A program made the translations under genes and the position numbers. The notes below the pieces were generated by a model that was not told where the DNA came from, did not search any database, and saw only the letters and a list, made by a program, of their open reading frames with translations. 64,000 nt of DNA from a virus: the IMG/VR virus record IMGVR_UViG_3300021963_000077, positions 1 to 64,000 of that record. One strand, given 5' to 3'. Position 1 is the stretch's first letter. The number at the start of each line of letters is the position of its first letter. Below are positions 1-8,745 of this stretch, in pieces.

Positions 1-407
1 TGCATGATGTCATTGACCGTCCGCGTCTTGCCACGATCAATGACGCTGAAAACATCATCATCAAGCTCGTCAACAAGAACAGTCGGGAATGGAACTCCAG
101 ACTCGATGCATGCCTGAAGGCGGTGTTGCCCGTCAATCAGACGCTTCTTGCCAGTTTGTGGATCCATTGCGCGCTTGATGGACTCGCCAGACAGCTTCCA
201 CTGTCCACGCTTCATTGCATCAATGTAGATGCGAACGCGAGCACGGTTCAGTGGGCGATTGCTGACATTTTCGCTCATCAGAGCTGTAGCAATTTCGGGT
301 GTGATTTCAATGATACGGACGCTGGGGCCGTCCTGGATTGCGGAGACCATTACAGGTTTCGCTTTCGCAGTCTTCCCCATGACCGTTGGGTGGTTTTTGC
401 TTTTCAT
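1..407 (-). CDS. ParB-like/DGQHR domain protein (runs off window edge)
   Basis: Not in ORF track; manual translation MKSKNHPTVMGKTAK...ITPEIATALMSENVSNRPLN...LIDGQHRLQACIESG...VIDRGKTR; preceded by a 17-bp-spaced promoter. Confidence 0.8.
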   Translation of the reverse strand, partial: MKSKNHPTVMGKTAKAKPVMVSAIQDGPSVRIIEITPEIATALMSENVSNRPLNRARVRIYIDAMKRGQWKLSGESIKRAMDPQTGKKRLIDGQHRLQACIESGVPFPTVLVDELDDDVFSVIDRGKTRTVNDIM

Positions 408-414
408 GTGTGGG

Positions 415-443
415 AATCTACGTCATGAAAATGCAGTTGTCAA
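415..443 (-). promoter_or_regulatory. SigA/sigma70-type promoter, leaderless
   Basis: TTGACA-17bp-TAGATT, 7 nt before ATG at 407. Confidence 0.7.
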
Positions 444-979
444 CCTTCTTCGTTGAAATTTTGCAGATAGCGATAAAAAGAATCCAGAATGAAAGCAACA
501 GCACCACCTTGAACGCCCTCAGTGACCTCTGGTTGGCCAAATACTGGCATTCCATCATCCCCGTAGCTGTATTCAACCAATCCGCCAGCATGCGACCCAT
601 CTCCAAAGACCGCAGAGGCAACAAGGATCTCCCTAACCGGCGCAGATGGGTCAGACCTGTGTTGCTGCTCAAGCGTTTGGGTTGACTCCTTGATGGTCTT
701 GATCATGTCTTCCTCGTTGTCAAACTCCATGCCAAAAGCATCCCCAACGAACCCAGCCTCAATGAATGGTCCATGCTGGTTATAGGCCTCCGTAAGCGCA
801 TTCATGAGCCACACATTGGGATCTGAATTCTCAAGCATTGGGATCACGGTATGACCATGCCCGTTTGAGTAATACAAGCATGACGGAATATCCGCTGGCC
901 CATTATTTTCAAAGCATTCTGACAATTTAACAATGACACCACTATCGAGCATCTTTTCAATAAAAGCTGTTTTTGACAT
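440..979 (-). CDS. hypothetical protein
   Basis: 179-aa ORF with promoter directly upstream. Confidence 0.75.
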   Translation of the reverse strand: MSKTAFIEKMLDSGVIVKLSECFENNGPADIPSCLYYSNGHGHTVIPMLENSDPNVWLMNALTEAYNQHGPFIEAGFVGDAFGMEFDNEEDMIKTIKESTQTLEQQHRSDPSAPVREILVASAVFGDGSHAGGLVEYSYGDDGMPVFGQPEVTEGVQGGAVAFILDSFYRYLQNFNEEG

Positions 980-985
980 ACCACA

Positions 986-1014
986 AAGATACTTGCGCCA
1001 AGTGGATTAGTCAA
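986..1014 (-). promoter_or_regulatory. SigA-type promoter, leaderless
   Basis: TTGACT-17bp-TATCTT-6nt-ATG(979). Confidence 0.7.
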
Positions 1015-1055
1015 CCTGCCAGGATATGGAATAAATTAATCCAGAACGAGGGATC

Positions 1056-2081
1056 ATGAGTCACGATATTGAGATCAACAAGGACGGAACGGCAAGGTTC
1101 GCCTACTCAAGTCATGAGGTGCCTTGGCACAGGCTTGGCACCCCCATGAAGGGTCTCCAGACCATGGAGGCAATGCTTCAGGCCTCTAGGAGCGACTACG
1201 ACGTACTTATAACGAAAGTAGCTGCGATAGACGATGACGGCAATCTAATACGCAATCCAGACGGCTCAATAGTAACGATTGGCGACTCAAGAGCGACTGT
1301 ACGCCAGAATACGGATGGATCTTTTGATGCTCTTGCAACCGTCGGAACAAGGTACGAAGTACGGCAGAACAGGCAAGTTCTAGAAAGAGCCCTTGCGGTT
1401 GTTGGGGCTTCTGGTGGAGATGCCGTAATAGACACATGTGGAACGCTAAAAGGCGGAGCTCGCTTCTTTGCCACCATTGACCTTGGTGCCCTTGTTATTG
1501 ATCCCGCTGGCGTTGGGGACAAGGTAGGAAGATATCTCGTGGTGTCGTCTGGCCATGACGGAATCTGGCCAGTTCGGTATGCAAATACTGACATTAGAGC
1601 CGTATGTCGCAACACTGTGATCATGGGTCTGGAGCAGGCGCAACGCGTCTTCACTGCGCGCCATACCAGGAACATGGACGAGGCCTTGGAAGATGCAAGA
1701 ACAGTTCTTCATATCAGCACTCAATGGTCTTCAGAGTTTGAGAAGATGGCAGAGCGCATGCTCCGGATACATGTTGATCCACGATCTGGCGCAATAGATA
1801 AAGTTCTGAACAAGGTATTTCCAGCCAAGCCTCACGAAACAGAACGACAGAGGAAGCATAGGGAGCATGTCTTTGCCACAATTTTTGCTCTTTACGAAAA
1901 CTCGCGCAATGCTGGCCGTGTAGGTAGCAACGGATGGGCCTTATTCAATTCTGTTGTTGAGTATCTTGACCACTACAGAGAAACAACACCAGACGAGCGT
2001 GCGATTGCATCAATGGATGACAACTCAGTTGTTACGCGGAAGAAGATTGAAACGCAAGGTCTTGTGTTAGCATTGGCTTGA
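1056..2081 (+). CDS. DUF932 family phage/plasmid protein
   Basis: PWHRLG, VGTRYEVRQN, GTLKGGARFF, GHDG, RAVCRNT, RHT, WALFNSVVEYLDH motifs. Confidence 0.85.
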   Translation: MSHDIEINKDGTARFAYSSHEVPWHRLGTPMKGLQTMEAMLQASRSDYDVLITKVAAIDDDGNLIRNPDGSIVTIGDSRATVRQNTDGSFDALATVGTRYEVRQNRQVLERALAVVGASGGDAVIDTCGTLKGGARFFATIDLGALVIDPAGVGDKVGRYLVVSSGHDGIWPVRYANTDIRAVCRNTVIMGLEQAQRVFTARHTRNMDEALEDARTVLHISTQWSSEFEKMAERMLRIHVDPRSGAIDKVLNKVFPAKPHETERQRKHREHVFATIFALYENSRNAGRVGSNGWALFNSVVEYLDHYRETTPDERAIASMDDNSVVTRKKIETQGLVLALA

Positions 2082-2554
2082 TGGATCAGCCTGAATGGGA
2101 AGACGACGAGTTCCTTTCATCACCAGATGTTGATGAAAGCTTCTACGACCAAGATACAGATCATCGCTATGTCCGAGCTGAGGACATAGAAGACTTTCGG
2201 TCATTCCGTAGCAGAATTGCATTTGCGCGCGAGGTAGTTGCTGACGCATCCGATGTATGGGGCGATGCAGGGATACTCTCTCTAATCCACGCCATTGAGA
2301 GCCAAACTGGCTGGGCGCTTGAAATAATTGGAGAGCGTTCAGACATTGACAACATTCTTCTTGAGCGATATGGCATCTATGATGATGATGCATGGTTGAA
2401 ACTCAAGAGTTCAGAAGCGTGGATTGCGTTATCCACAGACATATTTGAGTTAACAACGAAGCGCATGCATATCGCCGCGCGACAAATTGCAAATGCGCAT
2501 CAAGTACCGCAGCCACAGAAAAAATCATTGTGGAATAGGTTGACTAAACGCTGA
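2078..2554 (+). CDS. hypothetical protein
   Basis: 158-aa ORF coupled to upstream stop. Confidence 0.7.
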   Translation: MMDQPEWEDDEFLSSPDVDESFYDQDTDHRYVRAEDIEDFRSFRSRIAFAREVVADASDVWGDAGILSLIHAIESQTGWALEIIGERSDIDNILLERYGIYDDDAWLKLKSSEAWIALSTDIFELTTKRMHIAARQIANAHQVPQPQKKSLWNRLTKR

Positions 2555-2568
2555 TCGCTCTGTATGGT
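2540..2568 (+). promoter_or_regulatory. SigA-type promoter for whiB/primase operon
   Basis: TTGACT-17bp-TATGGT; implies WhiB start at 2579. Confidence 0.55.
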
Positions 2569-2578
2569 TGAGCGCCAT

Positions 2579-2881
2579 ATGGAGGGGACAGATAAAACAG
2601 AAGCGCCACGTAACGGAGCCTGCAGTGGCAAGCCAGTTGATTGGTTCTACCCAATTGCGCCACGAACACGTGAGTCAATTATCAATAACCGAGCCGCTAT
2701 CAATCTTTGCAAAGAATGCGACATCCTTAATAATTGCTTAAACTATGCGCTTGAATTTGAGCTGCATGGCATTTGGGGTGCAACAATGCCGAGAGAGCGC
2801 GAAGAGATTAGACGCGCGCGCGGAATTGCTCTGCGGCATAGGCAGTACGATGCGCTCACCGGCGAAGTGACTATCAGGTAG
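2579..2881 (+). CDS. whiB: WhiB family Fe-S transcription regulator
   Basis: GAC...WFYP...AINLCKECDILNNCLNYAL...GIWGATMPRER: four Cys plus G[IV]WG motif. Confidence 0.9.
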   Translation: MEGTDKTEAPRNGACSGKPVDWFYPIAPRTRESIINNRAAINLCKECDILNNCLNYALEFELHGIWGATMPREREEIRRARGIALRHRQYDALTGEVTIR

Positions 2882-2895
2882 TGTTGCGTTAGATC

Positions 2896-4599
2896 ATGCC
2901 TGACTCAATTAGCACCGAAGTAGACAACTTTCTTTCACTTCTCAACGGAGTGAAGCGCAATGGCGCCAACTGGTCAGCACGATGCCCATGCAGGAATGAC
3001 GACGAGAATCCATCTTTGTCAATTGGGCAAGGAGATGACGGGCGCGTTCTTGTGACATGCCATAGAGGGGCAGGATGTGATGTCAAGGAAATATGCAAAT
3101 CCGTAGGCATTACGGTCAACGAACTGTATCCTCCCAACAAGGAAGCGAAACCAAAGAAACAGCTCGTCAAGGCCTACAAATACATTGACGAAAACGGTGA
3201 GCTTGTATATGAAAAGCTGAGGTACATTGATGAGCAAGGCCGCAAGAGTTTTGGTCAGCGTCGTCCTGATCCTGATCGCCCTCGCGAATATATCTATAAC
3301 CTGGATGGTGTTACAAAACTTCTTTACAACTTACCTGCGGTCATAAAAGCCGTTGCCAACGGTGATCCTGTTTGGTTAGTTGAAGGCGAGAAAGATGCCG
3401 ACACTCTCATCTCTAGGGGAATCGTTGCAACCACGCCTCCTAATGGAGCCGGAAAGTGGGAGGGGCGGTTTACAAAGTTTCTTGCTGGTGCGCACATTGA
3501 GGTAATTGCCGACAACGATGAGGTTGGAATTGCGCATGCTTGGGATGTCGCAGAAAAACTTACAGCAGCTGGATCCGTATGCCGTGTTTGGAAGTCGCCA
3601 AAGTTCAAGGACATTAGCGACCACCTTGGTGGAGGTCTTGAATTTGATGACCTTGATTTGATGGATACACGACCAATCCATGTCAAGTTTGAAGAAACTC
3701 AAATGGGCGTGCTTCTTGATCAAATCACTCAGATTCTCAGGAACGAAGCACTTGACGATGAGCAGAGGCTCAATCGTGTCAGTCTTGCAATTAATTCCAC
3801 AACAACAGAGAAGCCAGTAGATTCAGGACGACTTGTTGTCTGGGAAGAATTCCTGAAGGAAGCCGAAAAAGAGACCTATGAGTGGGTAATCCCGGACATG
3901 ATTGAAGTCGGGGAGAGGGTAATCGTGGTTGCTTCTGAGGGTGTCGGAAAGACAATGCTCGCACGCCAGGTTGCTCTTTGTTCCGCAGCTGGGATTCACC
4001 CATTCACATATCAGCGAATGCCACAGATTCGCACCCTCACCATTGACTTAGAGAACCCAGAGCGCATCATTAGACGCACATCTCGTAACATCCTGAATGC
4101 AGCCATGTCTCGTGGTTACGCCAAGAATGTTGATGCCCATCTTCTGATCAAGCCGTCTGGTATGGACTTAACAAAAGCAGCAGATAGGGCGCTTATTGAG
4201 CAGACTATTGAGCGGGTTAGGCCACAGTTGATCTGTCTTGGTCCTTTGTACAAAGCCTTTGAAGACAACGGAACACGAACCAGCGAAGCCTTGGCCGTTG
4301 AGGTTGCTAAGTACCTTGACATGATTAGAGATGTCTACAAATGCGCACTCTGGCTTGAGCACCATGCTCCACTTGGCTCAACCGGGCACACGCGTGAGTT
4401 GCGTCCATTTGGCAGTGCCGTATGGTCTAGGTGGCCAGAATTTGGTCTGGCTTTACAACCAGATCCAACAGCAACCGAGGGTTACGTATACGAAGTTAGA
4501 CACTTCCGTGGTGCACGCGATAAAAGGCCATGGCCAACTCGGATGAAGCGTGGCAAGATGTTCCCGTTTGAGGTAATTGAGTTCGCTAAAGTGGAGTGA
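2896..4599 (+). CDS. DNA primase-helicase (Zn finger + TOPRIM + RepA/AAA_25 helicase)
   Basis: ARCPC..DD.NPSLS, VEGEKDAD, IADNDEVG, ASEGVGKT Walker A, LEHH, RPFGS. Confidence 0.88.
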   Translation: MPDSISTEVDNFLSLLNGVKRNGANWSARCPCRNDDENPSLSIGQGDDGRVLVTCHRGAGCDVKEICKSVGITVNELYPPNKEAKPKKQLVKAYKYIDENGELVYEKLRYIDEQGRKSFGQRRPDPDRPREYIYNLDGVTKLLYNLPAVIKAVANGDPVWLVEGEKDADTLISRGIVATTPPNGAGKWEGRFTKFLAGAHIEVIADNDEVGIAHAWDVAEKLTAAGSVCRVWKSPKFKDISDHLGGGLEFDDLDLMDTRPIHVKFEETQMGVLLDQITQILRNEALDDEQRLNRVSLAINSTTTEKPVDSGRLVVWEEFLKEAEKETYEWVIPDMIEVGERVIVVASEGVGKTMLARQVALCSAAGIHPFTYQRMPQIRTLTIDLENPERIIRRTSRNILNAAMSRGYAKNVDAHLLIKPSGMDLTKAADRALIEQTIERVRPQLICLGPLYKAFEDNGTRTSEALAVEVAKYLDMIRDVYKCALWLEHHAPLGSTGHTRELRPFGSAVWSRWPEFGLALQPDPTATEGYVYEVRHFRGARDKRPWPTRMKRGKMFPFEVIEFAKVE

Positions 4600-5231
4600 T
4601 GGCGAACAATAAAGGCTTGACAAGAGAGTTCTTGGCAGAGCGTGATATGCGCATATTCAAGATGCGTCAAGCTGGTGTCTCACAGCAGGAAATAGCCAGA
4701 AGATTTAACATGACGCTAGCTGCCGTTAACGCAGCGATAGTCAGACAGCTCCAGAAGCTAAACCGCGAGGCCCTGATGGCCTACCCGGAAGTTTTGCGTC
4801 TTGAGCTTGAACGCTTGGATTCCTTACAGCAGTCAATCTGGCCACTGACTCAACACAGAAAGGTGCAGATGGATGACGGCACCGAAGTAATGGTTGAGCC
4901 AGACATGAAAGCAATACAGCAAGTGTTGTCAATTATGGATCGCAGGTCAAAGCTCCTAGGCATGGAGCAGACAAATGTAAATGTCCAGATGGATGTAACA
5001 AGCGGCCAAGAGCCAATTCGCGCATCTCTCGCAGGAACCGATGCTCAGCAAAACGCATTGAGCACATTCTCTCCAGAGGCAGAAGCAAAGAAGCTCCTAG
5101 AAATCATGGGACGATCTGGTGTACTGCCAACCAGTGTCGTAAATGAGCTAATGGGCTTGAAAGACGACAATATTATTGATGCAGAAATAGTAGAAGACAT
5201 CAAACAAGATAAGGTTGAAAATAATGAATGA
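4596..5231 (+). CDS. HTH protein, probable terminase small subunit
   Basis: N-terminal HTH (GVSQQEIARRFN) plus ELERLD...AIQQVLSIMDRRSKLLG pattern seen in actinophage TerS-like proteins. Confidence 0.6.
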   Translation: MMANNKGLTREFLAERDMRIFKMRQAGVSQQEIARRFNMTLAAVNAAIVRQLQKLNREALMAYPEVLRLELERLDSLQQSIWPLTQHRKVQMDDGTEVMVEPDMKAIQQVLSIMDRRSKLLGMEQTNVNVQMDVTSGQEPIRASLAGTDAQQNALSTFSPEAEAKKLLEIMGRSGVLPTSVVNELMGLKDDNIIDAEIVEDIKQDKVENNE

Positions 5232-5535
5232 TCAAGACAATATTGATGCAGCGATGGACAAGGTAGCAGAGACGCTCGATATGTCAATCAATCGCAACCT
5301 TGAAGACGATGGTGAACCGTCTCAGAAGCAGGTTTTATTCCGAGCATCAGAACGCGAACATCGCAGATGGAAGGAAGCAGCGGCAAAGAACAATATTTCA
5401 ATGGCCGAGTTCATCCGTGAAACAATGAACAAGGCAGCTGAACTAACACTTGATTGCAATCATCCAATTAGCGCGCGCAAAATGTATCCATGGGCGAACA
5501 TCTGCACCTTGTGCAAGGCTCGCTTGCCGATTTAG
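5224..5535 (+). CDS. ribbon-helix-helix DNA-binding protein with C-terminal Cys/His cluster
   Basis: QVLFRASEREHRRWKEAAAKNNISMAEFIRETMN; CNH...CTLC. Confidence 0.6.
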   Translation: MNDQDNIDAAMDKVAETLDMSINRNLEDDGEPSQKQVLFRASEREHRRWKEAAAKNNISMAEFIRETMNKAAELTLDCNHPISARKMYPWANICTLCKARLPI

Positions 5536-5547
5536 TTATTGCTTGCG

Positions 5548-5889
5548 TTAACCTGTGTAGCTCTGCACAACGCCGTCTGGAATAATGGCAAATCTACACT
5601 TGCCTCCAGGTTCAACTTGGGTTTGCAAAATCTTGCATTCCGAACCGCCTTCATATAGAACACAGTTCGCACACTTAACACCAATTTTGGCAACTTCATT
5701 ATCTTCTGGCTTGTCATACCCAGCCCAGACTCCCTTGTAGTCTTCATTGAATTTGCCGTGACGCTTTGTGATGCGGATCAGGGCATATGCGAGCTCTTTC
5801 TCGTCCTCACTCAAGGTGTAGTCGCTGTTTTTAGCTATGTGAACATGCCCACCATTTAAGAGCATTTCTATCAATTTCATTTTGTCCAT
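5548..5889 (-). CDS. hypothetical protein with HiPIP-like 4-Cys motif
   Basis: CANCVLY-x5-C-x12-C (VEPGGKC). Confidence 0.6.
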   Translation of the reverse strand: MDKMKLIEMLLNGGHVHIAKNSDYTLSEDEKELAYALIRITKRHGKFNEDYKGVWAGYDKPEDNEVAKIGVKCANCVLYEGGSECKILQTQVEPGGKCRFAIIPDGVVQSYTG

Positions 5890-5894
5890 GATTC

Positions 5895-6308
5895 CTACTT
5901 TGTTTTGAATTCAGCCCAAGTCTTATCGCCTACGCCATAGTACTCACGAGCATAGCCAGACTGGATGATGTCCTTATTTAGGCATGCCGTTGTTTGCGCG
6001 TCAACTTCGTCTGATGAGTAGATACGTGCGAGTATGCGACCGTACTTATCATTCTTGTCTGGGATCGTGTTGATGTATACCCACTTGTGGTTTGTAAGCC
6101 AATCCTCGGTAAACTTCTTTGCCTTCAGGCCAAGCTCTTTCTCAGCTGCATCCTTAGTCCGAGACTCTGGAGTATTGACGCCGTATAGGCGCACCCTGAT
6201 CTTGTGATGGATGTTGAACCCAAGGTCAATCATCAGGTCAATTGTGTCGCCATCAATTACCTTTAAAACGGTTGCTCCATACCAAAAACGTTCACTCATA
6301 AGATCCAT
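5895..6308 (-). CDS. staphylococcal nuclease (SNase/thermonuclease) family
   Basis: KVIDGDTI, RVRLYGVNTPE, DKYGRILA, GYAREY. Confidence 0.9.
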   Translation of the reverse strand: MDLMSERFWYGATVLKVIDGDTIDLMIDLGFNIHHKIRVRLYGVNTPESRTKDAAEKELGLKAKKFTEDWLTNHKWVYINTIPDKNDKYGRILARIYSSDEVDAQTTACLNKDIIQSGYAREYYGVGDKTWAEFKTK

Positions 6309-6321
6309 TTTCCCATAGTGG

Positions 6322-6350
6322 TTGGTAATTCAGGGCACAAATGCTAGATT
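6322..6350 (+). promoter_or_regulatory. SigA-type promoter, leaderless
   Basis: TTGGTA-17bp-TAGATT-6nt-ATG(6357). Confidence 0.55.
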
Positions 6351-6356
6351 GCCGTC

Positions 6357-6635
6357 ATGCAAGCCCTTAAGTACATCAAATATGGATCAGCTAAGAAAAC
6401 AGTCCTCTATTACCTCAAGATGAAGGACTCTCCGGTTTCTTTTATGTGTATCTACAACTTTGTCAAGCACTATCAGCAAAGGCCATTTCGCATCAAAGAA
6501 GGCCTTATTGCCATGCAGAGAGATGGTCTTGTAGAGCAGATTGGTGAAGAAAGCTGGAAGATCACGCCACTTGGCATTAAAGCGGTGTACGAACTCGGCA
6601 AGCGTGATAGTGATCGTGAAAAATCACGACTTTAA
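6357..6635 (+). CDS. winged-helix-like protein
   Basis: LIAMQRDGLVEQIGEESWKITPLG wing pattern. Confidence 0.55.
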   Translation: MQALKYIKYGSAKKTVLYYLKMKDSPVSFMCIYNFVKHYQQRPFRIKEGLIAMQRDGLVEQIGEESWKITPLGIKAVYELGKRDSDREKSRL

Positions 6636-6641
6636 TCAAGA

Positions 6642-7001
6642 TTAACGCTTAAACCACGCAAGCATGCGCTGACGTAGAGTCTTTTGCGCAACGTCCTGAA
6701 CACGCACCACAGTTGAGTCAACAGCATTCAACACAGACTCGGCAATTTGGTATGCAGTCTGGTTTGCGGTTGTGGTTATGTTGACCGGTGTAGGCGTGTA
6801 GGCAAATGTTATTTCTAGATCTGCCGTGTTAGCTGTGCTCGACTTTGGTTTCGCAGGCAACTTCTTTGCAGCTTGCTTCTTTGGTTGAGCCTTCTTAACT
6901 GCTGCCTTCTTTGCAGGCTGCTTCTTTGCAGTCTTTGCAGGCGACTTCTTAGCTGCCTGCTTTTTAGCTGGTTGTTTCTTTGCTGGTTTCTTGTTTGCCA
7001 T
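6642..7001 (-). CDS. histone H1-like Lys/Ala/Pro-rich protein
   Basis: Multiple PAKK/AAKK repeats in N-terminal half. Confidence 0.7.
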   Translation of the reverse strand: MANKKPAKKQPAKKQAAKKSPAKTAKKQPAKKAAVKKAQPKKQAAKKLPAKPKSSTANTADLEITFAYTPTPVNITTTANQTAYQIAESVLNAVDSTVVRVQDVAQKTLRQRMLAWFKR

Positions 7002-7061
7002 GCTTTACACAATAATCCAGCAGTTACAACCGTGGCGTAAGTGCTGATGTAATTTGTAGAT

Positions 7062-7694
7062 ATGGATATATACCCAACAACTCTTGACAAGCTGGCACTG
7101 GTAGTAACTGCCAGCACCATGGCTAAAGAGCAGTCAGTAAAGGAGTACGGCGTTGGGGAGGATCTCCCATTCAATGTCTATGGTTGGAGAAACCATAGGC
7201 TTGCAATAATGTGCCAAATTGATTCAGGGCTAATGAATATTGACCCTATGGAAAGATTTACAAAGCTTGCTAATGCGGCCTGCATTATGCGAAAGGGTTT
7301 CTGCGTAGATGGCTTCACATTGCTTGCAGAAGGATTTGTGAGTACTGACCCAGAGAATACGAAGGACAAGAAGCTAGCTGAGGCATACCTAGAGAAGGAC
7401 TCGCCAGTCAAAGAGTGCTTGACATTTACGCATGTTGACAATGGTCGCGTAACCTTTGTAACGAAGCCGTACATGTACACCGTTCCAAGAGGAGTTGAGT
7501 GGGAAGAAGAGATGCACTTCCCTGGTGGAACAATGTTTCGCTCAAAAGACGGAGCTATACCGATCATGTTTGACAAAGTTCTTGCACTTGAAACAGCAGA
7601 AGAACCAGAGGACGAAGAAGAATACGAGGAGTATCACGAAGCTCTCGGCCAAGGCCTACTTGCTGAAGGCTTCTATGCGCAATGGTTCGTGTAG
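7062..7694 (+). CDS. hypothetical protein
   Basis: 210-aa ORF. Confidence 0.75.
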   Translation: MDIYPTTLDKLALVVTASTMAKEQSVKEYGVGEDLPFNVYGWRNHRLAIMCQIDSGLMNIDPMERFTKLANAACIMRKGFCVDGFTLLAEGFVSTDPENTKDKKLAEAYLEKDSPVKECLTFTHVDNGRVTFVTKPYMYTVPRGVEWEEEMHFPGGTMFRSKDGAIPIMFDKVLALETAEEPEDEEEYEEYHEALGQGLLAEGFYAQWFV

Positions 7695-7703
7695 TATTGT
7701 CAG

Positions 7704-7817
7704 GACTGACTAGCCCTTTCCTTTCGGGGTGATGGGTGGCCTGCGCCTCAACAGTTTTAGTGGTTTCTGTTGCGCCGTTATTGAGGTAGTTGTTTCCTCA
7801 AAGGCCACCCGTCAGTC
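7704..7817 (+). ncRNA. candidate structured ncRNA (multi-stem junction)
   Basis: GACTGAC/GTCAGTC closing stem, 13-bp TGATGGGTGGCCT/AGGCCACCCGTCA, inner CAACAG/CTGTTG and TTGAGG/CCTCAA stems; TAGTAT -10 box 6 nt upstream. Confidence 0.45.
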
Positions 7818-7869
7818 GCCTATGCCACCCTTTGATGAATGACGTAAAGCTGTTAACGTATAACCATAA

Positions 7870-7950
7870 GGGCGAGTGGCGAAATTTGGCATACGCGCTA
7901 GGTTTAGGTCCTAGTTCCTCGGAGTGTGGGTTCGAGTCCCACCTCGCCCA
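7870..7950 (+). tRNA. tRNA-Leu(TAG)
   Basis: GGGCGAG/CTCGCCC acceptor, CTAGG-TTTAGGT-CCTAG, long variable arm, GGTTCGAGTCC. Confidence 0.95.
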
Positions 7951-7955
7951 CTTAT

Positions 7956-8189
7956 ATGGCATGGTTTGACACAAACATAGAAAATACACACCGCGAACTC
8001 GGTATCTTGATTGAGGAACTTGTTGACGACCGCAACAGACTCAGACGGATAATCATTGACTTCTACAATGCAGAGCGCGATTATCTGGATGCAGTACATG
8101 ATGCAGAGCTTGGTGATGTAGTTCTTATAACCGATGAATGGCGAATTGCCTGGGATGCATTAAAGAAGGAAGCAACAGATAATGGCTGA
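7956..8189 (+). CDS. hypothetical protein
   Basis: ORF MAWFDTN...; longer ORF-track start overlaps the tRNA. Confidence 0.6.
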   Translation: MAWFDTNIENTHRELGILIEELVDDRNRLRRIIIDFYNAERDYLDAVHDAELGDVVLITDEWRIAWDALKKEATDNG

Positions 8190-8385
8190 GTACGAGTTCG
8201 GATCAACCGGCATACAAATCAAAGGTAGCGACTCATACCACGTCGTGAAGATTGACGAACAGGACGAATGGCTTCTGTTACGTAAACGCAATGGCTCGTA
8301 TTACCAAGCTGCCGTATTCTCTTCTGCTGACGAGGCCAGAGCATTTATTAACTCCTGCGATCTCACGCTGTCAAAACTTAAGTGA
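8182..8385 (+). CDS. hypothetical protein
   Basis: 67-aa ORF overlapping upstream stop, AAGGAAG RBS. Confidence 0.6.
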   Translation: MAEYEFGSTGIQIKGSDSYHVVKIDEQDEWLLLRKRNGSYYQAAVFSSADEARAFINSCDLTLSKLK

Positions 8386-8389
8386 CTCC

Positions 8390-8473
8390 GGGGGATTGGC
8401 GGAACAGGCAGACGCTGGGGGCTTAAACCCCCTTGGTAGCAATACCGTGAGGGTTCAAGTCCCTCATCCCCCA
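8390..8473 (+). tRNA. tRNA-Leu(TAA)
   Basis: GGGGGAT/ATCCCCC acceptor, CTTAAAC loop, GGTA-GCAA-TACC variable arm, GGTTCAAGTCC. Confidence 0.92.
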
Positions 8474-8482
8474 CTTAGGGCA

Positions 8483-8511
8483 TTGCGCTTTTCGTAGGTG
8501 GTACGTATGAT
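8483..8511 (+). promoter_or_regulatory. SigA-type promoter, leaderless
   Basis: TTGCGC-17bp-TATGAT-6nt-ATG(8518). Confidence 0.6.
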
Positions 8512-8517
8512 GTCGCC

Positions 8518-8703
8518 ATGGCTGAAGAGTACTCATACGAAGATATGCAAAAAGACCTTGACTTCCTTGTTAAGAAGGGACTCATTGAGATCGGTGGCAT
8601 CACCGAAGACGGGCAATGGCTCTACCGTGCAACTCAGATGTCACTTGAAATGACAGAAGAAGAGCGTGAGGCTTTCGTCATTTCAGAACTCGAAGGCGAA
8701 TAG
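8518..8703 (+). CDS. small winged-helix-like hypothetical protein
   Basis: LDFLVKKGLIEIGGITEDGQWLYRAT. Confidence 0.6.
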   Translation: MAEEYSYEDMQKDLDFLVKKGLIEIGGITEDGQWLYRATQMSLEMTEEEREAFVISELEGE

Positions 8704-8745
8704 CGCCCAATAAGCCGCGAAAGCGCCCTTACTTCATCCAAGTAA

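Noticed and set aside
7704-7817. Hammerhead ribozyme, SRP or Y RNA identity for the structured element
   Set aside because: No correctly placed CUGANGA/GAAA core, SRP GGAA loop motif or Ro-binding stem found on either strand
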